64,000 nucleotides of DNA. Origin: Gemmatimonadaceae bacterium. GTDB taxonomy: Bacteria; Gemmatimonadota; Gemmatimonadetes; Gemmatimonadales; Gemmatimonadaceae. The DNA lies in contig JBGAJQ010000011.1 of assembly GCA_044224875.1 (NCBI GenBank), positions 32,001 to 96,000 on the forward strand. Reading direction: 5' to 3'. Made by a program: the position numbers and the translations under genes. Below are positions 1-10,791 of this stretch, piece after piece. Within the stretch, counting starts at the first letter, position 1, and every line of letters begins with the position of its first letter. The notes under the pieces were generated by a model, which had not been told where the DNA came from, searched no databases, and was given only the letters and a program-made list of their open reading frames with translations.

Positions 1-2
1 TG

Positions 3-1556
3 CCGGCATTGGTCGATCGGGCGATGGTGGCGTACCGTAGTGGCTTGTACGACGCGGCCCGCGCGTACGCCGCGACGGGACTCCGCATCGACACCTACGA
101 TGGCGGCGCGAACTACTACTACGGGCTCGCCAACCGCCGGCTGGGGCGCCTGGCGGACGCGAAGGACGGTTTTGAGCTGGCGGCCATGTCACCGGAGTAC
201 CGCGGTGCCGCGTGGACTGAGTTGGGTCGCCTGTCGTTGTCAGCGGGGTACTCGGATGCCGCAGCCTCGTACGCCGGCAAGGCGCTGTCTGTGGATGCCG
301 CTAACCTGGATGCATTGGGGGTGGCGCTCGTTGCCGCGCGACGCCGCGGCAACGGGGTCGCCGCCACGTCCCTTCTTGAGCGACTCGAAGGCGCGGACGC
401 CCTCAACCTGCAAGCGCGCCTCGAGCGTCGGTTGCTTGCCGGAGATCCGAAGGCTGGCCTGACGATCTTTCGGGACCTGCGTAGCGAACTGCCGGAACAG
501 TCAGTGTTTGACCTCGCGGCATGGTATCTCGACGTCAAAGAGGTCGAGATTGCGCGACAGTTGCTGGAATCGCTCGGCAACCAGCCGGAGGCGCTCTATT
601 GGCGTGCGTCCCTGATGGACGACCCGACCTCGAGCGCCGCCGAGGCACTTCGCGCGACGGCCAACACCCTGTCACCACGACTGGTCTTTCCGTTTCGGCC
701 AGAAATGCTCCCCTCCCTTCACCAAGCGGTGAAGCTGACGGGCCACTGGAAGCCGCGCTACTATGCCGCCCTCACACTCTGGACGTTGGGCCGCATCGAG
801 GAGGCGCGATCGCTCTTTCAGGAACTGCGTAGCGATCCGGACTACGCACCGGTCTATGCCGCACGCGCATCTTTTCCGGGATGGCCCTTCGAAGGGTCGC
901 GCCAAGACCTGGAACGTGCGCTGGCCATGGACACAACCGAATGGCGGTACCCCAGGCTATTGGCCGAGCTTCTACGAAGTCACGGCCGCGCTCAAGATGC
1001 GATGGAGGTGGCACGTCGAGGGTTGAACCGGTTCCCAGACTCCTACCTCCTTGGCCTCACGCTGGCCAAGGCGCTCCTCGCAAACTCTGAGTTCTTCGCC
1101 GCCGACACCGTACTCGAGACGCTCGAGGTCTTGCCACATGAAGGTGCCGCCGAGGCACATGACATGTACCGTCAGGCGAAACTCATGCTGGCCCTCATTG
1201 CCACGGGCCAGCATGAGTGGCAGAGGGCAGAGCAGCTTGTGGCCGCCGCGCGACTCTGGCCTGAACGGCTGGGCGTAGGGAGACCCTACGACGCCGATGT
1301 GGATGAACGCCTCGAAGACTGGCTGCTGTCGGACATATACTACAATCAGGGCGAGCGACACAAGGCGGTTTCGATCTGGACGCGTTTGGCGGGAGATACG
1401 GTCAAGCGTGGCACGTCGAGCGATTACATCCCCGGTCTCGCCACGGCGCGACTCAAGCGCGCGACGGCGGTGATGCCGCAAGATGACGCACAGCTGTCGC
1501 GAGATTCGGGCGGGCGCGTGCTGCTCGCCTGGAAGCGACGGCAGGCACGACGTTAG
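3..1556 (+). CDS. TPR-repeat protein, 5'-truncated by the window edge (resembles the C-terminal half of DUF5107-type TPR proteins)
   Basis: ORF is open from the window start; helical TPR-like repeats (ANYYYGLA, YYAALTLW, YLLGLTLAKAL); FPFRPE and WPERLGVGRPY motifs. Confidence 0.7.
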   Translation, partial: PALVDRAMVAYRSGLYDAARAYAATGLRIDTYDGGANYYYGLANRRLGRLADAKDGFELAAMSPEYRGAAWTELGRLSLSAGYSDAAASYAGKALSVDAANLDALGVALVAARRRGNGVAATSLLERLEGADALNLQARLERRLLAGDPKAGLTIFRDLRSELPEQSVFDLAAWYLDVKEVEIARQLLESLGNQPEALYWRASLMDDPTSSAAEALRATANTLSPRLVFPFRPEMLPSLHQAVKLTGHWKPRYYAALTLWTLGRIEEARSLFQELRSDPDYAPVYAARASFPGWPFEGSRQDLERALAMDTTEWRYPRLLAELLRSHGRAQDAMEVARRGLNRFPDSYLLGLTLAKALLANSEFFAADTVLETLEVLPHEGAAEAHDMYRQAKLMLALIATGQHEWQRAEQLVAAARLWPERLGVGRPYDADVDERLEDWLLSDIYYNQGERHKAVSIWTRLAGDTVKRGTSSDYIPGLATARLKRATAVMPQDDAQLSRDSGGRVLLAWKRRQARR

Positions 1557-1644
1557 GCTCCTGACGTCAGTGGCCTGTCGCTATCCCAGCAGAGTGCGAG
1601 GCACACAGCCGCTTTCGCCTTCGCGCGGGACGGGCGGACGCGCG

Positions 1645-4143
1645 CTACTCGGAACGCATGGCCTCGACGGGGTCGATGCGGGCGGCCCGGCGCGCCGGAA
1701 GCCAGCTAGCGCCGGCGGCGACCAGAATGAGCACGGTGGTGACGAGCCCGAGGGTCAGCGGGTCAACCGGGCTGACCTCGAACAGGAAGGAGCGGAGCAA
1801 ACGTGCCAGCAGGCCGAACAAGACCAATCCCACCGCAGCCCCGGCCATAGCGAGTACGACGCCTTGCCGGGCGATCAGCCGACCGACGGCCCGTGGCGGG
1901 GCGCCTAACGCGATTCGTACGCCGATCTCCTTTGTGCGCAGGCTCACCACGTACGCAACGACCCCATACAGTCCGACCGCTCCAAGAAAGAGTGTCGCCC
2001 CCGCGGCGACAGCCAGCACCATCAAGGTGAAGGACAAACGGGCGAACGAACTTGCGACGACGTCGTCCATGGCGCGCAGGTTGAAGATCGGCAGCGTTCG
2101 GTCGAGGGCCGCGACTTCGCGACGCACCGCCGGCGCGAGCGCATTTGGATCACCGATGGTGCGGACGACAAGACTCATCTCGCCGACACCGATCAAGTCG
2201 TTGTCGGCTCCCGTGTCCGCGGCGGGGACCACCGGGAAGTACACCTGCGCGGTGGGTGGCGCGGCCAGCGAGCTATCGAGCACGGTTTCTGCCACTCCAA
2301 TGACGGTGTAGACCGTCCCGCTCAGGGCCTTCACGCGAGCGCCGATGACCGAGGCGCCAGTGGAGTCACCCCATTGCTCACGCGCGAGTTTCCGGCTGAT
2401 GACTACCTCGAACGGCGATTGCGCCTCAGTCATGCTGCCGAAGGAACGGCCGGCAACCATGGGAATGCCCATGGCCTGAAAATACGTGTTCCCCGCACGA
2501 ATGAACGTGGCGAGCGCCGGCAACTCGTTAGGTCCTGGCGGCCGATCCTCACGGGCGATCGGGTTCAGGTTGGCCCCCTCAACGAGCAACGGGGCCTTCG
2601 ACGTGACACTCACCGCTCGCACACCGGGGATGGTCGCCACTCGATCCACAAGCTGCGAGAAGAATCGGACCGCGTCCGATGGCTTCGGATAGGTCGCCCG
2701 GGGGAGGTCGACTCGCAATGTCAGCACGTTCGCCGCGTCGAAGCCGGGGCGCACCGCCTTAAGGCGAAGCACACTGCGCGCCAAGAGCCCAGAGGCGCTC
2801 AGCAGCACCAACGCCAGCGCGACTTGGGCAGACACCAGGGCACCGCGTGTGCGCTGACGTTGCCGACCGGCCGTCCCAGACCGTCCTCCCTCGCGCAGCA
2901 TGGCGCCAAGGTTCACCTTGCCCTGACGGAATGCCGGGAAGAGCGTGGCAAGCAAGGCGGCGACCAGCGACGCCAGCGCCGCGAACGCCAGGGCGACGAG
3001 ATCCACACGGACTTCGTTGAGTCGAGGAAGTTCCGCCGGACCGTACTGCACCAGCAGACGCACGCTCACCACCGCCAACGCAGTCCCGATGACTCCGCCC
3101 AACAACGCCAGTACCACCCCTTCTGCGAAGAAGTGCGCCAACACCTGGCCATGCCCGGCACCTAACGCTGAGCGTACCGTCAGCTCCTTCTGGCGTCCTT
3201 CCGCCCGAACCAGCAACAGGTTGGCGATGTTCGCGCAGGCCACCAGCAGGACCAGCCCAGCCGTTGCGGCCACAACCCATAGGACGGGACCAAAGGAGCC
3301 GACTACCACGTCACGCAGGGGAACGAGGGTGGGCTGGATCCTGGCATTCTCGATCACCGCGCGCATCGCCATTCCAGGCGCCAGCGTCGGGTACAGTTCC
3401 GGCAGCCGTTGGAATGCCTGCCTGATGTCTGCCAGACCAGACGCCGCCGTGGCGCCTGACCGCAGGCGCGCGATGCCGCTGTAGTCGAATCCTCCGGCTT
3501 GCTCCTGGGCTGGGTTCAGGCGTAACGGCAGCCAAGCCTGGGTTCGCGAATCCGGAAAGTGAAAGGACGGAGGCATCACACCGATCACTTCGGTTGCTCG
3601 ACCATCCATTTGGATGGTTCTTCCCACGATCGTCGGATCGCCTCCGAATCGACGGCGCCAGAAATCGTCCGCGAGCAGCACAACGGGGACACCGCCGGGA
3701 ATCCCTTCCTCTTCCTGAAAACGACGTCCGCGAATTGGTGAGACGCGTAACGCGGGGAGGACAGATGGCGTGATGTACGCGACATTCAGCCGTTCGGGTT
3801 CGGCGCGTCCTGTTGGATCGGCGAGCGACGCCGAGAGTCCTTTGTAGAGTCCGATTTGATCAAAAGCCGTCGCCAGCTTCCGATAGGTGAAGTAGGTCCC
3901 TAACGAGTGGCCGACCTCCGTCAACTTCACTCCGGGGGCCGTGTGTCCGATGGCGACGAGGCGGTCTGCGTCGTCATACGGCAGGGGACGTAGCAGGACG
4001 GCATTGACCACGCTGAAGATGGCGGTCGTCGCCCCTACGCCGAGCGCGAGGGTGAGCGCGGCGGTCATCGTGAACACGGGGGCGCGCCGGAGCGAGCGCC
4101 AGGCGTACCGCAGCGGAAGGGCGAATGCGCGTCGACCAGCCAT
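1645..4143 (-). CDS. ADOP-family duplicated MacB/FtsX-like ABC permease
   Basis: [61 protein letters not shown]-terminal [17 protein letters not shown]. Confidence 0.95.
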   Translation of the reverse strand: MAGRRAFALPLRYAWRSLRRAPVFTMTAALTLALGVGATTAIFSVVNAVLLRPLPYDDADRLVAIGHTAPGVKLTEVGHSLGTYFTYRKLATAFDQIGLYKGLSASLADPTGRAEPERLNVAYITPSVLPALRVSPIRGRRFQEEEGIPGGVPVVLLADDFWRRRFGGDPTIVGRTIQMDGRATEVIGVMPPSFHFPDSRTQAWLPLRLNPAQEQAGGFDYSGIARLRSGATAASGLADIRQAFQRLPELYPTLAPGMAMRAVIENARIQPTLVPLRDVVVGSFGPVLWVVAATAGLVLLVACANIANLLLVRAEGRQKELTVRSALGAGHGQVLAHFFAEGVVLALLGGVIGTALAVVSVRLLVQYGPAELPRLNEVRVDLVALAFAALASLVAALLATLFPAFRQGKVNLGAMLREGGRSGTAGRQRQRTRGALVSAQVALALVLLSASGLLARSVLRLKAVRPGFDAANVLTLRVDLPRATYPKPSDAVRFFSQLVDRVATIPGVRAVSVTSKAPLLVEGANLNPIAREDRPPGPNELPALATFIRAGNTYFQAMGIPMVAGRSFGSMTEAQSPFEVVISRKLAREQWGDSTGASVIGARVKALSGTVYTVIGVAETVLDSSLAAPPTAQVYFPVVPAADTGADNDLIGVGEMSLVVRTIGDPNALAPAVRREVAALDRTLPIFNLRAMDDVVASSFARLSFTLMVLAVAAGATLFLGAVGLYGVVAYVVSLRTKEIGVRIALGAPPRAVGRLIARQGVVLAMAGAAVGLVLFGLLARLLRSFLFEVSPVDPLTLGLVTTVLILVAAGASWLPARRAARIDPVEAMRSE

Positions 4144-4211
4144 GGGAAGGCGAGGGCTAGGGTGGCTTTGGCACCCCCGTACGAACGCCGTAGGCCGATC
4201 GTTTCAGGGCG

Positions 4212-5195
4212 CTACATCTCGATCCACCGCCCCACGTCACCCCGCTCGGCGGCGTCTGCCACGACATTCGCAACTGCTGCATCGAGCACTCCGACACCCG
4301 TGAGATCCGCCACGGTGATCTCGTCGTCGGAGGTGCGCCCAGGCTTCCAACCGGCCGCGATCTCGCCGATCTCGGCGTACACGTCATCCACGGTCATGCA
4401 GCCCGCGTCGACGGCATGATGCAACTCCCCCTGTGTGACGCACTGCGAGACGAGATCCACGACGACTTTGCTTCGGCCTAGGAGCGCTGCGTCGAGTTCC
4501 TGCTTGTGCGGCATGTCGGCGCCAATGGCCGTGATGTGCGTGCCGGGCTGCACCCAATCCGACCGAACCAGCGGCCGTTCGGCGGTCGTCGTCGTGACAA
4601 TGAGCTGCGACGATCTAACCAGGTGTTCCGTGGACTCGGCGACGTCCACCGGAAGTCCCGTGCGCGACGTCATCTCTGCCGCGTACTCGGTGGCGTGCGG
4701 CATGTTGCGGCTGACGACGAGAATTCGCTCGGGCTGGCGTACTTGCAGCAACGCTTCCAGTTGGTAGCGCGCTTGCCCGCCTGCGCCGATGATCCCCACC
4801 GTGTGAATGATCGGACGCGCCAGTAACTCGGCGGCGATAGCTCCCGACGCGCCAGTTCGCAGTTCCGTCAGGTAACCATTGTCCGCGATCATCAATTCCA
4901 GCATCCCCGTATGCGCGCTGAACACCCACACCGCGCCTGACGTGACGGGGAGCCCGCGCTGGGCATTGTCGTAGAATCCCGTGGCGACCTTGATCGAGTA
5001 CCTTGGGTCGCCGTGAATGTAGCCGCCCTTGGCATGGACGTCGCCGCGATGCTCCTTCACGTGGATCGTGAGGACGCTTGGTTGCTCCACCTTGCGCTGT
5101 GCAAGACGCATGTAGGCCAGCTTACAGCTGGTGATCGCCTGCAGCGGTGAGATGAGCCGTCGGGCATCGGCTTCACTGAGGAGACGAATGCGCAT
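4212..5195 (-). CDS. Ornithine cyclodeaminase/mu-crystallin family protein
   Basis: LTELRTGASGAIAA, GAGGQA NAD-binding motif, HITAIGAD, DLTGVGVLDAA. Confidence 0.9.
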   Translation of the reverse strand: MRIRLLSEADARRLISPLQAITSCKLAYMRLAQRKVEQPSVLTIHVKEHRGDVHAKGGYIHGDPRYSIKVATGFYDNAQRGLPVTSGAVWVFSAHTGMLELMIADNGYLTELRTGASGAIAAELLARPIIHTVGIIGAGGQARYQLEALLQVRQPERILVVSRNMPHATEYAAEMTSRTGLPVDVAESTEHLVRSSQLIVTTTTAERPLVRSDWVQPGTHITAIGADMPHKQELDAALLGRSKVVVDLVSQCVTQGELHHAVDAGCMTVDDVYAEIGEIAAGWKPGRTSDDEITVADLTGVGVLDAAVANVVADAAERGDVGRWIEM

Positions 5196-5229
5196 GCGTC
5201 AGCGGTGGGTGGCGTTCAGCGTGGGGGAG

Positions 5230-6495
5230 CTATTGCAGTCCGTAGAGAGTCTTGGCATTGGTCCGCATGACCATGGTCGCCAGCTCCACCGCGCGTTCTC
5301 GTGTGATTTCGCCATCGTGCATCATCGCGGTCAGGGCGCGCCCGAGGGCTATGCGGGCGTTGTTGGCACCGACGACGCCGGCTTCCTCCCATCCCAGTTC
5401 CTTTGAGAACGGATATGCATCCGTTGCGAAGAGGACCTTTTCCGGTACGTAGGCAAGCCATCCACGCAGCGCCTCGGCGACGTTGTGCTGGGTGTCGAAC
5501 GCCGTCTGCTCGGAGAAATCGAGGTACGCGTTCGGCTTCGTCAGCAAGGGCGTAATCATGCGCGTGTACGGCCAGCCACCGTGGACCATCACGAACTTCG
5601 TCTTGCGCAGCGTAGGGTCGTTGAGAAGCGGTTCCAGGTGCATTGGATCGGCCCAGCTGGTGAAGAAGTATCCACCACCACCATGGGCCACATGGAGCTG
5701 CACCACGAGGCCAAGCCGACCACACTCGCTCACAATGAAACGGAACAGGTAGTCTTGCAGCGCCGTGTAGTCACCCTTCCCCGACCACGCTCGCTCCGCG
5801 TCGGCGCGCGATGGGTTGCCGACGGCGAGTGTGCGAAGGTATGCCAGCTCAAACTTCTCGCCGACTGCCCCACCCTGTTTGTGCCGTTCCAGAGTGGGAC
5901 GCACGACCTTGTCGAGGTATTCACCCAGGGCGGCGGGGCGGCCGGAGACACCGCTTTCCTTGTAGTACCGGGCAAGTAGTTTCTCCTCCAACGGGTAGAA
6001 CGCCTGCTGGTCAGGCGTCTTGATCATGGACGTGTTGTCGAGCGGAAACATGAGCGCGTCCACGAAGGGCACCCAGAGAAAGCGGGGTGAGGGAAGCCCC
6101 GGTCCCATCGCCACGCGGTTCGCCATCATGGTCTCAACGCCCATCTTGTCGAGGATGAAGGTCGCGTAGTCGTTCGCGTGCGCCTTGACCGTGGCGTCGC
6201 GATCCGCACCAAAGATGTCGCGCGTGGCCGCCGTGACCATTGCCGAGGTGCCACGCTGCTGCACCGGATCCGATTGAGGCTCCAGGTGATCGACGGGGAG
6301 TGCATCGAACTCCATGTCGGCCGCCTCTCCAGACCCGGTGGGCCGGACGGGGTGCGCGTGGTTGTCTATGGCCTTGATGGCGGCGATGTCACGGGCGAGT
6401 TGCGGATCGACGCCGTTGGCGTCCGTGTTGCTACTGTTGCAGCCGGCGAGAAGGCTTGCGACGAAGCAAGAGAAAGCAGCCAGCAGTGTCCTCAT
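5230..6495 (-). CDS. Amidohydrolase family lipoprotein
   Basis: Lipobox LLAGC; DNHAH metal motif, QLHVAHG, VMVHGGWP, FATDA. Confidence 0.85.
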   Translation of the reverse strand: MRTLLAAFSCFVASLLAGCNSSNTDANGVDPQLARDIAAIKAIDNHAHPVRPTGSGEAADMEFDALPVDHLEPQSDPVQQRGTSAMVTAATRDIFGADRDATVKAHANDYATFILDKMGVETMMANRVAMGPGLPSPRFLWVPFVDALMFPLDNTSMIKTPDQQAFYPLEEKLLARYYKESGVSGRPAALGEYLDKVVRPTLERHKQGGAVGEKFELAYLRTLAVGNPSRADAERAWSGKGDYTALQDYLFRFIVSECGRLGLVVQLHVAHGGGGYFFTSWADPMHLEPLLNDPTLRKTKFVMVHGGWPYTRMITPLLTKPNAYLDFSEQTAFDTQHNVAEALRGWLAYVPEKVLFATDAYPFSKELGWEEAGVVGANNARIALGRALTAMMHDGEITRERAVELATMVMRTNAKTLYGLQ

Positions 6496-6573
6496 TGGCG
6501 TGCCTCGGGGTTGGCGTGCGATCGTTGGGGCAGACGGTGGGCTGGAATGTGCGAACGGGGTTGTTCACTCCGC

Positions 6574-6834
6574 TCACGTGCTCTTCGCGGGCTTGTTCCC
6601 GGCGTCTGGGTCACGCTCCACGACGATCGTGAATTCCTTCGCGAGCGCGACGATGCCGGCAATCGCTGCCCAGAAGGGGAGGAGTACAACACCGGCGATC
6701 CCCGCATTCAATGGAAAGTCGATCAGCGTGCGACCGCTGGCGTTGCGGATGATGATTCGCCTGACGTTGCCTTCGTGAATGATCTCCTTGAGCTTCTCCT
6801 TCAGCTTGCCCGCCGAAACACTGATTTCTTCCAT
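6574..6834 (-). CDS. DUF4342 domain protein
   Basis: LKEIIHEGNVRRIII...PLNAG, hydrophobic hairpin, TIVVER; start moved to the ATG at 6834. Confidence 0.85.
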   Translation of the reverse strand: MEEISVSAGKLKEKLKEIIHEGNVRRIIIRNASGRTLIDFPLNAGIAGVVLLPFWAAIAGIVALAKEFTIVVERDPDAGNKPAKST

Positions 6835-6993
6835 ATAGCCTCCCCACGGAATCTCGGTGGTCGCCCCTGTCGTGACATCTGCCTGCAGGCAATCTCGTCT
6901 ACCTGAAGGCCGCGGGCCAGATCGATCAGACGGTGACATTGTCGCTCACTGCCGGTACGTTCCCAGTCAACTCAAGGCCCACCACATACTCCC

Positions 6994-7716
6994 ATGAAAT
7001 GTTCGCTCGCGCGGCTGCTGCTCGCCGCCCTTCCGATGGTAACTGTCGCGACGTCCGCAGGATTGGCGCAGACCGCCAACGACCCCCTCCGGACAGACTG
7101 GGCGAACCTGCAACGGTACCGCCAGGCCAACGCCGAGCTCGCAGCGGCGGCCAAGGGGGATCAACGTGTTGTCTTCTATGGCAACTCGATCACGGAGGGT
7201 TGGGCGCCACTCTTCGGCACGCAGTTTCCCGGCAAACCGTACGTTGGGCGGGGCATCAGCGGTCAAACGACACCACAGATGCTGGTGCGCTTCCGACAGG
7301 ACGTCCTTGCGTTGCACCCGGCGGCTGTGATCATCCTGGCCGGGACGAATGACATCGCGGGAAACACGGGGCCATCCACCCTGGAGATGATCGAGGACAA
7401 CCTTGCGTCCATGGCCGAGCTGGCGAAGGCCAACGGCGTCCGCGTCATCCTGTCCTCGGTTCTACCGGTCTACGACTACCCGTGGAAGCCTGGGCTTACG
7501 CCCGCTCCCAAGATTGTGGCACTCAACGCGTGGATGAAGTCCTATGCGGCCTCGCACGACGCGGTCTATTGCGACTACCACTCGGCAATGGCCGATGAAC
7601 GTCAGGGGATGCGGAGTGACCTTGCCTCGGATGGCGTACACCCTAACGAGAAAGGCTACGCAATCATGGCGCCGATTGCCGAGGCGGCCATCCGGGCGGC
7701 ACTCCGCCGCCCGTAG
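6994..7716 (+). CDS. Secreted SGNH/GDSL hydrolase
   Basis: Signal peptide; GNSIT, GISGQTT, AGTND and DGVHP blocks. Confidence 0.95.
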   Translation: MKCSLARLLLAALPMVTVATSAGLAQTANDPLRTDWANLQRYRQANAELAAAAKGDQRVVFYGNSITEGWAPLFGTQFPGKPYVGRGISGQTTPQMLVRFRQDVLALHPAAVIILAGTNDIAGNTGPSTLEMIEDNLASMAELAKANGVRVILSSVLPVYDYPWKPGLTPAPKIVALNAWMKSYAASHDAVYCDYHSAMADERQGMRSDLASDGVHPNEKGYAIMAPIAEAAIRAALRRP

Positions 7717-7752
7717 CTCCCTGTTATCGAGAGTGTTGCGAGTCTAGCAGGC

Positions 7753-7783
7753 TGGCCGCCCCCCTTTTCTTGGGGAGCGGCCA
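7753..7783. terminator. Hairpin between convergent genes
   Basis: tggccgc.cccc / gggg.gcggcca stem with a T-rich loop. Confidence 0.45.
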
Positions 7784-7863
7784 TGTACGGATGGAAAGCC
7801 TTGAGCGGCTCGCGAAAGGTCAGGCATGCGGAGCGACGACGTCGAGTGAGTTGTGTTACCTGA

Positions 7864-8418
7864 CTACGTCGTGGTGGGGGCTCGCGCGACGGAGGGTCCG
7901 ATGCCACCACGACTGCGCGAGAGGATTCCCGCGCACACCAAGGTCATCACCAGGGCCACGGGAAGTGGCTCCAGGAAAGTCAGCGCAACATTCACGAGGG
8001 GGTTGCGATACATCTCCTTGAACTTCGCCATCCGTTGCGCCTGCTGGGCTAACTCCGCCGGAGAAGCGCCGTCGGCGCGTGCCTTTTCCATCTGTGCGGC
8101 GGCGTACTTGTCGGCGAAGTCGGGTGAGATCTTGTAGAAGATGAATTCCCAGGTCGCGACGTAGCAGACACTGGCGATTACGGTGATCAGCAACCCCACC
8201 TGAAAGGCCTTACCGAATCCGATCGGGCCCTTCAGGACGTTGTCGCGATACGATCGGATCCCGAAGTACACCATCAGGAATGCCACAACCATCGTGGTAT
8301 ACCCGATGATCGCGCCGCCGTCGTAGCCGATCTCGGAACGGAAAATGGCCGTGACAAGAAGCATCAGGGACAAGACGGTCCCGGACAGTAGCCCAAAGGT
8401 CAGTACAATTCGTCGCAT
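7864..8418 (-). CDS. DUF4199 family membrane protein
   Basis: Four TM segments; YFGIRSYRD...GPIGFGKAF, PDFADKY. Confidence 0.85.
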   Translation of the reverse strand: MRRIVLTFGLLSGTVLSLMLLVTAIFRSEIGYDGGAIIGYTTMVVAFLMVYFGIRSYRDNVLKGPIGFGKAFQVGLLITVIASVCYVATWEFIFYKISPDFADKYAAAQMEKARADGASPAELAQQAQRMAKFKEMYRNPLVNVALTFLEPLPVALVMTLVCAGILSRSRGGIGPSVARAPTTT

Positions 8419-8479
8419 CGTTCCGCTCCATGAGGTGTTGGTTGTGCCTCGAGCGTAGCGCGAGTGCCGCGTAGGGGCG

Positions 8480-8533
8480 TCACACGAAGGGGTGATTTTG
8501 CTTTTTTGCCCCCAAAATCACGCGTTTGGGTGA
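8480..8533. promoter_or_regulatory. Tandem TCAC-N8-GTGA palindromes (candidate LuxR-type operator pair)
   Basis: tcacacgaaggggtga at 8480-8495 and tcacgcgtttgggtga at 8518-8533, between the regulator and the DUF4199 gene. Confidence 0.6.
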
Positions 8534-8536
8534 GGC

Positions 8537-8995
8537 TCACCCAATCAGTCCGGCTTCTTTCGCGAGCTGTACCGCTTGCGTGCGTCGCTTAGCGCCGAGT
8601 TTTTCAAAGAGTCGCTTGGCGTGGGTCTTCACGGTGTTTTCGCTCACGAAGACGCGCTCGGCGATCTCGCGCGTGCTGAGGCCCGCCGCGATGAGCTCGA
8701 GAACTTCGAGCTCGCGCTTGGTCAAGCCAAGTGCCTCGGCCTTCTGGTCATCTCGTACGAAGGTCGCTGAGACGGGGACTGGGACCTGAACTTCCACTTC
8801 CTTCACGACTACGCGCTCCCTCGACTTGGTGAGCGTCAGACCCAGCCAGATGCCCACGGCCGAAAAGAGGGCGGCGATGAGCGCGCCATAGATCTCGACC
8901 GCGTGCTCCACCATCAAATAGCGGTACTCAATCGCTTTTAACACGACGATCAGTGCACCACCCATGAGCCCATAGATGAGGATGTGCTTCTTCAC
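8537..8995 (-). CDS. Membrane-anchored LuxR/GerE HTH transcriptional regulator
   Basis: Two N-terminal TM helices, no receiver domain; LTKRELEVLELIAAGLSTREIAERVFVSENTVKTH. Confidence 0.9.
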   Translation of the reverse strand: MKKHILIYGLMGGALIVVLKAIEYRYLMVEHAVEIYGALIAALFSAVGIWLGLTLTKSRERVVVKEVEVQVPVPVSATFVRDDQKAEALGLTKRELEVLELIAAGLSTREIAERVFVSENTVKTHAKRLFEKLGAKRRTQAVQLAKEAGLIG

Positions 8996-9037
8996 GGGAT
9001 CTTAGGCTGGGAGGTGCTCGAAGCAGGTCGCAGGGTG

Positions 9038-9586
9038 TTAGGCGCGCGTTGGTCGTGGCGAGCGCTTCGGCTTGCGCGGCATCCACCACCACAGACCGTC
9101 AGAGACGTCCCGCGGAAGTGGCGCGCCAGTGAGCCGCGCGAGGAGCACGAGTTGACCGCGATGGTGCGCTTCATGCGCGACAAAGTATGACAGCACGTGA
9201 CCGACATCGAGAGGGAGGTTGCGCCAGACGTACGCCCGTGAGGGCGGCACGACCCCGCCAGCGTCGAGTCCAAGGACCAAAAGCGCTTCCATGGCCTGTG
9301 TGCTCTTCTTGAGCGCGGTGATGAGCTGACGGCGTGACACGCGATGGAGGTCAACAAACGGTGGGGCCTTTATGCCATGTTCCGCGCCCAGCGTCTTGAT
9401 CCAACGGCAGCGCGCGTTGTGCAGGTGCCCGCCGATGGAGCGCACGGAGCGGCGCATCCCGTCGGGGGGCGCGCTGTTCCAGAAGGTCTCGGGAAGCTGC
9501 GATACGAGGTCTTCATTCATTCGGGCCGTCGTGCGCCAGGCCGCGATCAGCGAACTCGCGAGAGGCGACTTGTCGGTCGTCTTCAT
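9038..9586 (-). CDS. DinB family protein
   Basis: GHLHNAR and HEAHHRGQ histidine motifs. Confidence 0.9.
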   Translation of the reverse strand: MKTTDKSPLASSLIAAWRTTARMNEDLVSQLPETFWNSAPPDGMRRSVRSIGGHLHNARCRWIKTLGAEHGIKAPPFVDLHRVSRRQLITALKKSTQAMEALLVLGLDAGGVVPPSRAYVWRNLPLDVGHVLSYFVAHEAHHRGQLVLLARLTGAPLPRDVSDGLWWWMPRKPKRSPRPTRA

Positions 9587-10098
9587 TGAACGGCGTACTC
9601 CAGGGATACGGTCCCGGTCTTCTGGTACGTGCGATGCGCAATCAGCTTCAACGATGTCAGGGGGGTAGGCGGTGGGAGGAGCGGCAGGCCCTCGCCAAGC
9701 AGCACCGGAATAATCGCAACCTCCACCGTGTCAACGAGCCCCAGTTGCAGAAGACTGCGAAACAGCAGTCCCCCACCGAACAGCCAGATGTCGCGTCCCG
9801 GTTCATTCTGCAAGGCAGCGATCGTTGCGGCTGGATCGGCAGAGACCGTGACGCCAGGACACTCGGCCGGATTCAGCGTGCGCGAGATGACGAAGACTTG
9901 AACGCCTGGCATCCCGCCACCTCCTCCCTGTCGCTTCGTGAGCTCGTACGTGCGTCGGCCAAGGATTACGGTGTCGAACTGCACCATCAGCGCGGCGAAG
10001 TCGATGTCGGGATCCATGAGGATCCAATCACTCTCTCCGTTTGGACCGGAGATGTATCCGTCCAGGCTCATGGCGACTGAGAATCTTACGCGTCTCAC
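9583..10098 (-). CDS. Dihydrofolate reductase-like (RibD C-terminal) protein
   Basis: AMSLDGYI, LGRRTYE, IWLFGGG, PVLLGEGLPL. Confidence 0.9.
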   Translation of the reverse strand: MRRVRFSVAMSLDGYISGPNGESDWILMDPDIDFAALMVQFDTVILGRRTYELTKRQGGGGGMPGVQVFVISRTLNPAECPGVTVSADPAATIAALQNEPGRDIWLFGGGLLFRSLLQLGLVDTVEVAIIPVLLGEGLPLLPPPTPLTSLKLIAHRTYQKTGTVSLEYAVQ

Positions 10099-10267
10099 AC
10101 GCTCCTCCTCGCGACCTCAGGATTGTCAGCACGACGTCGCAAACGCATTACTGGTTAAAGCCCTCAGGGCAGCGCTCTCATGGGCGCGCACGGCGGTGCA
10201 TGGGCGGAGCGGGGCCGATAGCGCGCTTGATTGTGTGACGGAGCGATGCGGATCACAAGGCGCATGC

Positions 10268-10759
10268 TTAGCCACGATTCGCATCGGAGTGCAGGCGCTC
10301 CCGCCGCTGGCGCAGCACTTCGTAGACTGCGACGGCGACTGACGTGGAGAGGTTCAACGATCGCACGTGAGTCGACGCGATTGGCATTCCCACGAATTGC
10401 GCCTTATACCGCTCATGGAGTTCGGCGGGAAGCCCGCCGGTCTCGCGCCCGAACACCAGGACGGCGTTCTCGGTTTGGCCCAGCGGGGCATCCCAAAACA
10501 GGCGAGTCGCCTTGGTGGAGAAGAAGAACGGCACGCCAAGCGAGGGTAATTCGCGCTCAAACGCATCCCATCCAGTCCACACGCGTCGTTCGACGTGTTC
10601 CCAGTAGTCGAGGCCCGCGCGCTTTACTTCGCGATCGTCGAGTGAAAAGCCGAGGGGTTCGATCAAGTGCAGGGTGGCACCGGTCGCCAGGCATGTTCTG
10701 CCCGCATTGCCGGTGTTCCAATGAATCTCGGGATGCACGAGCACGACGTGAATGGCCAC
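10268..10759 (-). CDS. trmL: tRNA (cytidine/uridine-34 2'-O)-methyltransferase
   Basis: PEIHWNTGNAGRTC, KRAGLDYW, FGRETGGLP, RSLNLS SPOUT motifs. Confidence 0.92.
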   Translation of the reverse strand: MAIHVVLVHPEIHWNTGNAGRTCLATGATLHLIEPLGFSLDDREVKRAGLDYWEHVERRVWTGWDAFERELPSLGVPFFFSTKATRLFWDAPLGQTENAVLVFGRETGGLPAELHERYKAQFVGMPIASTHVRSLNLSTSVAVAVYEVLRQRRERLHSDANRG

Positions 10760-10791
10760 GAGCAGTCTCTCCTAGGTCAATCAGCCGCGTC

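Noticed and set aside
7790..7830. Possible riboswitch (GAAA-containing stems)
   Set aside because: Lies between convergent 3' ends and matches no consensus I recognise
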